A stretch of 64,000 nt of DNA from Catajapyx aquilonaris (taxonomy: Eukaryota), in NCBI GenBank assembly GCA_000934665.2, contig KZ538520.1:1-64000 (forward strand), read 5' to 3'. Position numbers and translations under genes: made by a program. The stretch's first letter is position 1. Every line of letters begins with the position of its first letter. Positions 1 to 12,700 of the stretch are shown here, piece after piece. The notes beneath the pieces were generated by a model. The model was not told the DNA's origin. It saw only the letters and a list, made by a program, of their open reading frames with translations, and did not search any database.

Positions 1-3000
1 CTCTCCACATGACGATGTCCGAACACGACCAGTTGCCAGGTAACGCCAAAGTCGTTGTTTACACTTGTTATATGCTATTGTGTCCAGCACTGTACATATT
101 TGTAAAAAAATAAATAATAATAATAAAAAATAAAAAACGCCATCTGCACTGTACAGATTATGTGAACTAGGTATGAGCCACAGAATATGCTAGAAAAATA
201 GGAAATAAAAGTCTGAATCAAATTCCTGAGTGTCAGACGCTGTATTGTCACGTGTTGAATATGATTTCTTGCCCTAATCTCGCTGATGTTAGGATTGTTA
301 GTGCGTATCATAAGACGTATGCTAACTTAGGGAGCAAGTTTGGGGGATTACGATGCAGCATGATAATCCCTGCACATATGATCTATCTAATTCGATCCTG
401 GATCTAGAGTTGATTCCGCCTGATCTGTGATCTTGCATAAGTACGTATAGACTTGAGTTATCTCCTTTTCCACCACAGCACCTCATTTTGGACAAAAATG
501 AGCTCTTCGCCCGAGGACACAGTTCTTCGCGATTTGTCAATCGTAGACGACTGAAGATCCGAAAGGACCTTCATCAGCTTAATATTCTAATTTTTTTTAA
601 TTAAACACCGATGGTGCTATATCGCTCAAAAATTCGAGACGATTTTGCATTTGGTTTCAATGCAAAATCGTCTCCATCTCTTTGAGTGATATAGTACATC
701 AGTATGATTTCTCAATGGTTGTCAATAAGGTACTACGGAAGCAAATGAGTCGTTATAGACGATGTGTAGTAAATATGTGATCCAAACACTCCAGCACGAG
801 GGTCAACAAACTAATACGAACTTGCAATCTGTTGACGGTGATATGTAGTCGAGGGAAAACGCATCAAGATTTGCGGTTTTTAATGTCCGTGGATTAAGAG
901 CGTATAATGTTGCTTGCTCAAAGTGCTACTTACACTTAATGGAAGCTATAAAAACGAGGGTAACGTAACTTTGATTAGTTTAAGAGTCCATGAAATAAAG
1001 GTTGCATGCGAAAGAGGTCATTCATCGGCCGAATGAATGATTTCATTTTATTGTTCGTAATGAGTCAACTACGTGAAAAAGCGTAATATTCGAGGATTCG
1101 GTTTGGCTTGTGTAATGCGACTGGAAAGATTGTACCGGCATTTGACTCAGGTGAGAACGTAATCCTACAGACCTGCCCATTTATGTATTATTTCACATTT
1201 ATACTACGAGAGATATATTACTGTATTTGTATCATTTCATTAATTTTTTGCGGTTGGTTGTCTTCGCATCGTGTTACCATGTTGACGGATACAAACCGTA
1301 GTGGTTTGAGTCAGGAAGCACGGGAAGTGAGTTGAACAGTACACTATCTGACATTGACGTCACAATTATTGCAATTACTACTAACTGTGGGACACGCCTT
1401 GGTTGCATCCCCACGGGCTGTAGTGGCAGAGCTATAATGATATCAGATTACTAACTACTAGAAAACTATAGGATGACGGCAGGACGTCAATATTAGTGTC
1501 ATTGTATGGAATGGAGAGGATCCGAAGTGTGGGTGGAATTCTCTTCAGCCAGTTGAGCTTCATCAAGCTATTGACCTTGTATAAGTTCCGCCATTTCAAG
1601 ATAATAGCAGTACTTGGTTGAGCGTGTAAAGAGGTTGTTCATCTATCCTAACATCAGGTACAGCTTGTGAGACCGTTTAGATTGGCAGCAGTTGCGTCAC
1701 AGGGCACTTGTTTAGGTAGCCTTGCTTTCTCAATAGGATATTAATTTGAGTTGCTTGGACTGAGCGTGTGTAATAGGTGTGTTATTTAAAACTGTTATGA
1801 CTTGTGTAGTCGAGGACGGTCAGTGGCCACTGAGGGCTCCATTGAGGTGCAACCTTGCGAAGCGGATGGCTATACCTGCATAACTGGGAGTAGAATTATT
1901 TGCATGGTTCAGGTCCAACTCCAGAGGAGGAAGATATAGATGGAGTCAGATAGTGCGAAGATAGCCTGTAGGCACTTATTCTCGACGAAAGATAGTGACC
2001 GTCGATATTTAGGATTGTTGCACATAGAATCTGCAGGTGCATTAAAGCTATCCTTGTGGATTTGCAGGGATGTCTCATTTTCTAATGAACTTATTAACAT
2101 ACCTGTACTGTATATACTGTCAAGCAGAAATTTTGTTGACAAAAATTCCGATCTTCTAATGAATCTGATGGATTTGCATGACTTGTCTTTCACCCGGTGG
2201 TAACCTGCCCATAAGCTGTCGTGCAAGGATTAAGGTACCATGATGGTGTATAGTTTAGGCTACATCAATTCCACCACAGCTTGAGTTCGATCCAGGGGTC
2301 AGGTGATAATACGGGTTCCGCCGTGCTTGCCTGCAGGTTTTTTCTGGAGTTCACCTGTTGCCGTGTGCTGTCAAGAGCAGCGACGAATTGATTATGAGTT
2401 GGGTGCCTATAAGATCCCATAAGAAACTAGAGGCTTACCATCAGTTTAGCAAGTGGGATTGTAGAAGAGCAATAGCCTGCGTGACCTACCCACCTTGGTT
2501 TGACCCCGATAGTATACAGGAATGACAGGCGGGCAATATACTTACGTGGTCGAGGTGACCGGCGAAGGAAATGAATGACCTGATTGTTGGATGACCTTCT
2601 GTGATTCAATGCGGTGTTCAGCAAGTGAGGGTAATAATCGAGTGGTCTAGTGACGTCCCATGCTCATGTGGGCTGCTACTGGCAAGTGCTGGGTGCTGAA
2701 CAGTTTGAAGCGGTTTGAAGTGATTGACTGTTGGCTTTTCATGTCACCATGCAGAAATAACTGAATCATAGAATTGCCTCGGAGGTTGAATGTAGCTCAT
2801 TGTCACATGACGTTCAAGTGAGCTATGCACTTGCAGTCAGAACGAGCCGACAAGACATACGTGCTGTATGTATTGTCTGACCCATTCTGACCCATTCCTG
2901 ATCACCCACCACGATAACTGAACGCGATGGGATGGTCGGAAAGACGCGGAGTTGTCATGCGAAATTTTCAAGGTATACTGTACTGGACCTTGTGTCAAAT

Positions 3001-3998
3001 GTGTATAACACTATACAACTCCACGTCTTTCCGACCCTCACATAGCACTCAGTTATCGCGGTGGGCTATCCCCCCATCCGGAGTGGGTGGGGGCTGTCTC
3101 TTGAAGATGGACATTGGACAATATAGACTTATAGAGGGTGTTCCACTTGAAATGTTCGTAGGGGCTAGCCATTTTTGGCACTTAGCTGCTTAAGTTATTT
3201 TTATGGTTACTTTTACTGAGCTGTTATCAAAACTCAAAAGTATTAGCCGCTCATATTAAGTTGTGTGGACTTTTTAAAGTCTGCAAAATGGGGTCAATCA
3301 TTGATGCCAGTGATTCCAATGTGTTATTCCCAATTCATTGAAATTCACAGCTTGGATATATATTTCAGTACGTCAAGACTAATATTTGCAGCTAATATAT
3401 ATTTGATCACCATTAAAAGCATGCAGAAATGTCTTCTGAAAAATAACCGGCTTGGTGCCAGATATTGCTACTCACTAAGTATATTTTGGAGCATTCTGCA
3501 TAATAATATGCTACATAGCATAGCATAATATGCTTTCTTGATGTTGCTTAGAAGGCTACTTTTCAGTCATGGTAAAACACTGCAGTAATTAGTTGCAATC
3601 TAATTAAGTTAGGCATTCCTTAAGTCTTGGTTATACAAGTACACTAGTCAACTGAATATATTTAACCATTGCCAAGCAGAAGGTCAAGCAGGTGAGTTTA
3701 AATGCGTATAGTGAAACTACGAAATCCAAATGGGTGTCATTTCGATAGGGCCCAATTGAAAATACTGTATTTAGAAAAGCCATTTTGCGCATAAATATGC
3801 GGCATAGTGCGCGGCGTGTCATATGAATTATTCATTTCGGCAATAGTGTATAGCCTAGCACTCGGAAACGGCATCGACCTCGATAAATTGCCAATCGTAT
3901 ACATGCATATGTCGCTTCCGGTAAGCTACCGGGAAGTGACCAGAATGTTATCTTCGTGATATTGTTCTGCTACTAGCTTGGGATTTAAAAAATGGGGG

Positions 3999-4042
3999 GA
4001 GAGAGAGAGGGAGAGGGAGAGGGAGAGAGAGAGAGAGAGAGA
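3999..4042 (+). repeat. (GA)n microsatellite
   Basis: Read directly from the sequence. Confidence 0.9.
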
Positions 4043-7040
4043 GGATCAATGGTATAAACTATCAAGTAAAAAACGGTATTTAGGCGTGACAAATACATAC
4101 AGAAGCATAGGCAAGTTTATGGACTGAATTACTGGTATGTTGTGATCTAATATGGACGGTGGCTTACCTAGGATGTATAAGATCTGGGCTGGCATTTAGT
4201 TGGAATAGGTTTGGACTTGGCTAGGATGAACATGATCTCTTCATCTCTTTTGGCTATTTATTCGCAATTATTGGTCTGTAGACACACTATATACACTTTA
4301 GAAAATTTACGAATCTCGTATATCAGGCTACCAACATACCGGATACCCGCGTATAATGGTCATATATATAGAACGATTTCTATAGGTGAAGATGTTCTAC
4401 AGTATACATATGAGTAATTTTTCGCTAGGGCACGCAGTTATATAGGGCGGTATAGGAATTAGGTTTTGGTGACATCTCCATGCGCACAATGAGTATCCTT
4501 CTGGTTAGATCACTCGCCACCACGAGTGGTAGCAGAGTGATATGACCTGAAGAAGGACACTTACAAACTAACAAACACCGCTGTCATCAATCGTCAAGAA
4601 GCCGTGATCGTAATGTTACAGTGCAATATCGTATCCTAATCGTTCTAGTCGGGATGCCGGTAAATTGAAGTTGTTGGAAATGAAAAAATCTGAAATATGA
4701 CTGATGTATATTTATTACCTGCATAAATTCCATTATATCCGGGGCCAGTTCATCAATCCTTTTTGCAGCTGTCATTATCCAGATGGAAACGATTAATTCT
4801 TGATCTTGTATGTTACAGGCTCCTGACTGACCAGGTGAATCATCCGGAAGTACTGTAGAAGGAAGCCGTAAGCTGCATCTGGCCAGCCATCTAGCCAGAG
4901 TGGACTGTTTCGGTCGACAATAGGTGGACAACTCTCTGCAGGCTTGAGGTAAGGATAGCACAAGTGTGAATGAATGAGGCAAAGCTGTAGTACCGGTAGT
5001 TATGATCAAACTACCGTGAAAATTTGCTTTTAGTATGATTTTCGTTTTCAACGTTTGTAGGTGGCATAATTGGAGCGAAGTTAGGGCTTATCTAATGGCG
5101 AACAGTAATTTCGATGTCATGAGTGCGTGTGCTGTCGGGCAGGCAAGCTTTTGCCTTGGAGTTGAAATAAGCCCTTTTTGGATGGACGTTGCCTGCTACT
5201 TTTCCTCCTATTACGCACGATATAAAAATAACTCGTTGTTTATTTACAACTTTTTTTGCAAACTGATGCACTGTTTGGACGGCACATCCAGAATAGGCCT
5301 ACATGGTCCTCGAGTCGAGTATTCAATATTTGTGTGCAAGTTCCCTTCCACTATAGATCTATTTCAACGATTACAGCATAAGGAAAATGAAATATTGGTG
5401 TTAGCAGAAAAGGCAGGCTCTATCTTAGATTTCTTCAATATTATTATTATGACGGAATCGCTAAACAGACGTCACTCGTATATACGCAGCGCACCTAGAT
5501 TGCTGTTGTTTCTCTTTTTTGAAAAAAATAAAATAAAATAAACAGCTAGATATTTACTTGGCGTGCGCACATTTCAATCGCTTGATCTAAGAGCGTATAG
5601 TTTCTTTGCATGAGACTATAGTTCGTGTAATTATGACACCATATGCAAATTTGGTACGATCCGGAGTCGAGCTCGCAGTGTGAGGATATAGCCGTATTTC
5701 ATGCAGTAATTATCAGTTACATTCACATCACTTGGTAAGTTTGTACCTGCATGTTGTTGGACAAATTGTTACAGCTGCGTGAGAAGAGGAATTATTCATT
5801 ACAAAAAAAAAAAAAAAACGAAAGTGAAGGGGGAAAAGATCACCGGCCTTGAATTCATAAGTAGGCGGAAGTAAGTTAATCTCTTCTGCGGCTGCTGTCA
5901 AAGTGACGTTTTTGAGTTATACAATTGGTTACCCTCAGTTGTGTTAAATTATTTTGCTGGCATTTATGGTTCCATTACATCTGGTACTTAGGAAGTACAC
6001 AAACGCGCGGTAAATTGAATTGACTACAGTCGCACATTGGCTTGGGAAAAAAATATGATTTGTCTTCACTTGAGCGCATATTGTTTTTATGTGGGTGAGT
6101 ATGTAACTTCGAGAACAGTTCGGGCATCTGCCAGTTGAGATGGGGAGTTTATAGAGAAGTTTCGCAGTGAAGGCAGAATCTTTTCTACGAATGTGGAAAT
6201 TATTTGGGAAGTAGCCTACGCTGTAAAATCCTGTCTTGCGTATACTCGCCACCTGCACCTGATGGTATACTCGTGGATGCTGTGCAAGACAAGCGAAGGG
6301 GGTGGGGGTGGAGTGTTGGTTGGGAAGTATCGGGCTCGACATCCAAATTGGCTACGGGATCCATAGGCCATTACTTGAGTACGTGCCCCTTCTCCTTCCA
6401 AGGAAACTCCTGCCTGGTCGTTTGAGACGGCGAGTGCAAGTCGATGATTATTTGGTCCGAACCATTCGTACCTGGTGAATCTTGTGAACATTCGTACATT
6501 GAGCAGAACTGCTTTTATTAGACCTGCTTATTTTATTTTGGTACAGTTGTCTGACAGGTGAATAATCAGAGGAAAGCTGCAAATTTATGATCTTTTAACA
6601 TGTGTGTATTCAAAGATCTCACTAGGAATATGGACTATGGAACTGCGTCGCCTCTGGCGACCAAGAAAAATATCTTTGATAATAATATCTTCGCTGGTTA
6701 TTTTTCACGTATTATCCTATGGTTTTGTTAATGAGATAGTTGTTTTTCGTCGTGTCAGATGCTATTAGCCGTAGACTTTTCGTGCATTATCAACTGAGAA
6801 AATATGGAAATGAACAACCAGCCCACTCCATGTAGCCTGTACTGTACTGTACATGAACATTCGAATGTCACTACCTAAGTAATGGCGAAAAGATTGCGTC
6901 GTTTAACAAGACCCCGCGAAGATATCAGTTCTCTAATACTACAACAGTAATTACACGTTCAACCTAGCATCAATATCTCCAGGTTATCATGAAGATGCAA
7001 ATGAGAGACTGTTGCTGTATATACTGTAAGAGTGGCCAAT

Positions 7041-7118
7041 GCCCCTGTAGCTCAGTGGCAGAGCAAACGTCCAGATATGCGTGGATGTGGGACCCAGGTT
7101 CAATTCCTGGCAGGGGCA
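7041..7118 (+). pseudogene. tRNA-like sequence (tRNA pseudogene or SINE head) with an atypical anticodon arm
   Basis: Acceptor stem GCCCCTG/CAGGGGC, D arm GCTC-AGTGGCA-GAGC and T arm CCAGG-TTCAATT-CCTGG are present. The middle arm is a 7-bp stem with an 8-nt loop, so no anticodon can be assigned. Confidence 0.6.
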
Positions 7119-8459
7119 TTACAGGTATATGCAACGACCATCGACTCCCATGCACTTCAAGAGCTATTGTCTATATATTTATTATTTGGGCTCACCCCAG
7201 TTCAATTTTTGACACTTCCGACAGTCGTACTATCAGTATAGACTAGATGGACGCTTTTACGTGGCTTTGATTCGGCACTATATTATTAATATTGTTTCTT
7301 GACATGGAGTTTATTGATCACAAGATGACTTGGGTCGGATGTATCAACACAGATAACGGAGGAAATCGCTGCTTATGTCGGATCTTCCTATACCTAATAA
7401 TATCATCGCTTTAACTACGTAATTGATGTGACCAAGCAAGATTATCCGGATCTTGAGTTATTACTCGTACATCGGTCGAGGCCATCTACATTTTAATATC
7501 TAGCTAGCTATACAACTTGAGGGGAAAGGGGTATACTAATGTATGTTAAGTACATCGTACCAAACAGATTTTTTTTTTTCAATCCTGACTGCAGCACAGG
7601 ACTTTTCGCGCATTTCTGAACACAGGTGTGAGATGGGGAGATGGCAGTGTGAATAAAATATTGTTGTGCACGCGAGCATCGTAATCTCGTGCTTTCATTA
7701 CCTTTTGTTCATATTAGTAGGCATATCTACGGGATGGAATGTGCGTACATCGGCGGACGTAAATGTGTAAGTGCACAGCCGTATTGGGGGGTCACGGGAA
7801 TTTTTTTTCGGAAGTTCTGCTTGGTGATGACATGGTGCGTAGTAAAAGGCTGGGATTAGGATAATTCGGGCGTCGAGGGACTCCGGTAGATCCGATTGGC
7901 AGGCGGCTTTCCGATTCCCAGCGGTTATCCGTTCGGATTTTGATACACGATATACCGTGTGCTTCAGACGTGTGAAGTGTCCGGAGGATTTCCCATTGTA
8001 ACACTCGCAATGAGGGAACCACTGACGGAAACCCAATCGTGTTGTCAGGCCATGGACTTGCGCTTCCATTTACCTGCGTATCTTAAAAATCGGCCCAATG
8101 CGCAATGAAATCAAATGTGTCAAAAATCTAAATTGTCGGATTTATGATTTTTATTTTTTAAGACTGTGTGACGTGTGCTACCTTTGCATTGTACAGGATA
8201 AATTCATGACTGAAGAAATACCTGTTCCAGGTACAGGGTCGTTTTTAGTTATCGCTGTTATCGCCCGAAATAGTTATTTTTGTGTAACTTGTTGCGCGCC
8301 GATCCATGTGGTCGAATCATGGCCTTGGGTCGAATAATAATGGGGCAACTGGATTGCGGTGCAACGAGCTACACAAACAGTTCCGAACGAAATATCTGAT
8401 ATCACTAAAGCTGCCCGCATACTTTGAACACCCTTCATAATTACCCTATTTACTTTATT

Positions 8460-9045
8460 CTAACAAGGGAACTGTAAGTGTTCTGTAAATGGAGTTGCTG
8501 AATGAAACTTGGCACAAGAATATAGGCAGGTAAGTTATTAAACAAAATGCAAACCATTTCGGCTGAGCTATACAAGGTCAAAAGTTATGACCTCTCGAAC
8601 TCACAAGGGACAGTACACTTTCCAAGGTCTCACCGATTTTCTTGAAATTCGGTACATTAGTAGCCCACTCCAGGGGATGAAAAACGCACCTAAAGTGACC
8701 TGCTCAAAATGAGCCTTGACCCCTTTGGGGTGCAGAGGTCAACTCGTAAATGCCGAAAACTCGCCTATTTTCTTGAAATTCGGTGCATTGGTAGCCCCCA
8801 AAAAGGGGTCACCGGGTCATTTTGAGCAGGTAACATTAGGTGCATTTTTCATCCCTTATGGTGGGCTACCAATGCTATGTACCGAATTTCAAGAAAATCG
8901 GTGAGACCTTGGAAAGTGTCCCTTGTGAGTTCGAGAGGTCATAAATTTTGACCTTGTAGGAATTCGCCGAAACGGTTTGAATTTTGTTTAATAACTTACC
9001 TGTCTATATTATTGTGCCAAGTTTCATTCAGCAATTCCATTTACT
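8460..9045. mobile_element. Foldback/MITE with ~245-bp inverted arms; same family at 33839-34603 and fragments at 44050-44250
   Basis: 8485-8730 is the imperfect reverse complement of 8796-9044. A terminal motif CT(A/C)ACAAGGGA occurs at 8460, 8600 and 8929(-), and near 33839 and 34603(-). Confidence 0.7.
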
Positions 9046-9093
9046 TTTCTGTGTTCAAAAATACGAGAAAAAATGGGGTCTGTATAAGGATCA

Positions 9094-9204
9094 GGGGTGG
9101 AATTTTCGTCATATTACTAGTTACTGCTAACTTAGCAGTACCATTGCACTACACCGGTACTGCTAAGTTAGAAGTAACTAGTAGTACAACGAAAATTCCA
9201 CCCC
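9094..9204. repeat. Short palindromic element (related copy at 18710-18800)
   Basis: GGGGTGGAATTTTCGT...ACGAAAATTCCACCCC, with inner arms GCTAACTTAGCAGTACC/GGTACTGCTAAGTTAG. Confidence 0.7.
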
Positions 9205-9598
9205 AGGTAACAGTAGTACAAAGCTTTCTTCCATAGCTAACACTTGACTACTGAAAACTAGGGATACGACTTAGATTTGGGGTCGACTTTTTTCGAGTAA
9301 ATATGGTGTGTTAAATTTATGAACTTGGAATAAACAAATTTAAATTAGAAATTAGTTACTCTATTTACTCGAATCTAAGGCACACTTTTTGTCTAAAATA
9401 TAGGAGAAAAAAATTAGAGTTCGACTTAGATTCGAGTTAATACTGGTACTTTCATCGTCGTGGTACAACTCTTTCTTACGGAAGCCCTGAAGGGCAAACA
9501 TGTATTTATATATTCGGACGTCAATTAATAATAAAATGCGGATGTCAGATTATAATTATATTCGTATGTCAAGTTACAGATTTGTATGTCAAGTTATA

Positions 9599-9690
9599 CA
9601 GGGTGTTCCAAGTATCCGGGTCACTTTTGGATAACTGCTATCGGGAGATAGCAGTTATCCAAAAGAGACCCGGATACTTGGAACACCCTA
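9599..9690. mobile_element. Tc1/mariner-type palindromic MITE
   Basis: TA|CAGGGTGTTCCAAGTATCCGGGTC...GACCCGGATACTTGGAACACCCT; forms a near-perfect hairpin. Confidence 0.7.
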
Positions 9691-9713
9691 TGGCACCTTT
9701 CCTTTGCTGACAG

Positions 9714-12700
9714 ATGTGGTTCCAACGGCAGCTGAAGAAGCGGCAGTGCTCCAAGAAGGTGGTACACCGCCACCTGCCTATCCTCTCATGGCTACCCCAC
9801 TACAATGTGGGCAGTGCCATCTGCGATCTCATTGCTGGAGTCACTGTAGGCCTCACAGTTATCCCGCAGAGCATGGCTTATGCAGCCATTGCTGGTCTTG
9901 GACCCCACGTAAGTATAGAATCTTCTCAAGCTATGGGGGGTATAGTAGGCCTGCAGTGCTGATAAGGCTTTATATCAATTAACTTCTAAAGGGAAGCAAA
10001 ATGTTTCGAGTGCCCAACTTAATTTTATTAACTAGGTTGTTACTTAATGGTAAAATACCAGTCAAGATCTCGAATTTGTATGCATGTGTGACCCATGGGT
10101 GGACTGCAGAGTGTACTTGAGAATCATTGTTGTGTAGCACATGATTCATGAGATTTGCATAATTGGCTCTCCCAGTATGCCATCCTTACTGTAGTGATGC
10201 CCTATTGCACCAACCGAAATTACCGATCCGATAGCTCTTAGTGGATTTTTAGGAGCCCTTTTAACGTATGCTAATGATCTGTTAGGAGCTATCGAATCGG
10301 TAATTTCGTTGGTGCAACCGGGCACGAGAGTTTTAAAGCTTTGTGGTGTGGGCCGTGTGGCTAAGGTGCTATGTGTCTGCTATGTTATATGTGCATTGGT
10401 TTTTCATGTTTACATATGGCCTTCTGGTCTCAGTATGAAGAAATAATCAGTAATATGGTAGATTCATGATGAAGTGACATATTTATATTGTAATTTCATT
10501 GGTGCAAGTACCACAATAATGGTTGCCTGCAGGGGAATGGTTTGAGTTGAAGAATGAAGTTATGCAAATTTGTGCATCTTTACATGTATGGCTTGAAATT
10601 TGTTACTGTTCTAATACAGGCAGCCCCCCCAACTTAAGTGGATCATTTTGCAACATTTTACCTAAGTCAAATTTTGTAATTCTGAACCTATTTTTAAATT
10701 ATACATCATACTGTACTCTACCATGTGCATTAATACTGGAGTCACTGTCACATTCAAAAGAGGCTATTACAAGCAGAATGGGATTCACTGCATGGCCCAA
10801 AAATGGTCACAAATGTCGGTCACATGTAAACTGAATGAGCCTCAGCCTGCAGGTTCGAGCTGCCATGTCCTCCATTTCGTGCATTTTCTCACAATTGCTG
10901 GCATTTTATATGTTAGTACAGTGGTTCCCAATCTGTGGTCGCGAAGCCTTTTCCGGGTGGCCGCGCATGGCCGCAGTAATTTTTATAAATTAAAAAAAAT
11001 TGCTAAAATTTTAAACAAAACCAGGAAATTTCATCGTTAAGGTTTTTTTTCAACACCTATTAACACTTGGGGGAGGGGGGGGGGGGTTGTCGCAGGTTAC
11101 TTGACTATCATAAAAGGGGGTCGCGACCCGGAAAAGGTTGGGAACCACTGTGTTAGCAGTTTCTTCTGGCAATTTTGTAGATTAGATAGATGCACAAGTT
11201 GGAAATTGTTGAAGTATGTCCAGATCAACATAAGTTGGGGGTTGCCTGTAGTTCTTACTACCACTGCAAAAGTAAGTGTCCTTTCAAGTACCATATAATA
11301 TGGTATCACTTCATTGGATGAAGTTAGTCATATCTGGGTAACTGGAAGTTGTAGTAAGATCAAGAATTGTGCAAGAGTTCTTCTTGATGTAGTTTTGTTG
11401 TTTCCAGTATGGCCTCTATGCTGCCTTCATGTCCTGCTTTGTGTACATCATCCTGGGAAGCTGCAAAGATGTGACCATAGGTCCTACTGCTGTGATGGGT
11501 CTCCTCACCTATGAAAATACTTTTCGCCGTGGTCCATCCTTTGCAGTAATGCTTTGTTTCATGACAGGCTGCATTGAGCTTATTTTGGGCATCTTCCACA
11601 TGGGTAAGGTTTTGTCTTTATATTTTTCATTCCCAAGAAGTCAGATAATGACCTAAATCCTGCTCCTTTTCAAAACATTTGCATGGTGGATTCCTTAAAT
11701 TATGCTGCATGCAAAATCTGTTTCAACCTTGAATGGGGAGACCAGGATAAGAACAAGTAGTTATTTTTGAATATTATTTTCTCAGTCAAGGTGCCTTACC
11801 ATAATTGCAGAATATTAATCTGGTACCACAATACTTGCATATTGTGGTAGGCCAGTTTCTAAAGGGAGTGACCAGAATTGAGAAAATTCAGATCTGTGGT
11901 TACACTGGCATGTTGGTATAAGGCAAGGTATGGTGGTTCCAGACAGGGTTTTGCCTACTTTTCACCTGTGAAGAATACTAGTAAGGTTTTAAATTTTTAT
12001 TCATGAGCCTGAGTTAACATTTATAATTCTAACCTGTTACGGTATTAAAGGCAATCATATTGGATGAAGGTAATCTGACTGTCAAAGAGAACAGTTACAC
12101 TAGCTGGGAGATAAGAGGCAATAGGATGGTACCAATGGCTATTGAATACAGTGGAGCATCGATTATCCGAACAGAGTCTGCCCAGGGGGTGTTCGGATAA
12201 CTGATTGTTTGGATAACCGATCATTTACGGAAAAAAATTGTACGGTGTCATAGGAGCAATATGAAACCAAGAAACAGTGATATTAACCACAAACTGTATA
12301 TTTTCTGTCACAGGCACATCTTAAAAATACTGTACATATACCTTAGTGCCCTTACATGAAGTAGTCCTACAGTTTAGGGGGGGAAAGGCCAATTTTTGCC
12401 GACCCGAAAACGTTCCGTTAACCAATGGTTCGGTTGATGGGTGTTCGGATAATAATCGATGCTACACTGTATTCCATTCTTTTTGGCCAGAGTTTATTTG
12501 AAAATTAACTGCAAGCAACCACACTAGAAAATTGGCAAAACATTATACTGAAATACTTTCAGATTATAAAGTAATGGGACAGTATGTGTTTATTTTTTTC
12601 TTGACTGTTGATCAGATTACACCAGCCTGAATATAATCTTGTTTGCACAGGATTCTTTGTGGACTTCATCTCCATACCAGTGACGAGTGGCTTTACATCA

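Noticed and set aside
6637..6768. 43-aa hydrophobic small ORF, or an upstream SLC26 exon
   Set aside because: No recognisable homology and no convincing splice donor.
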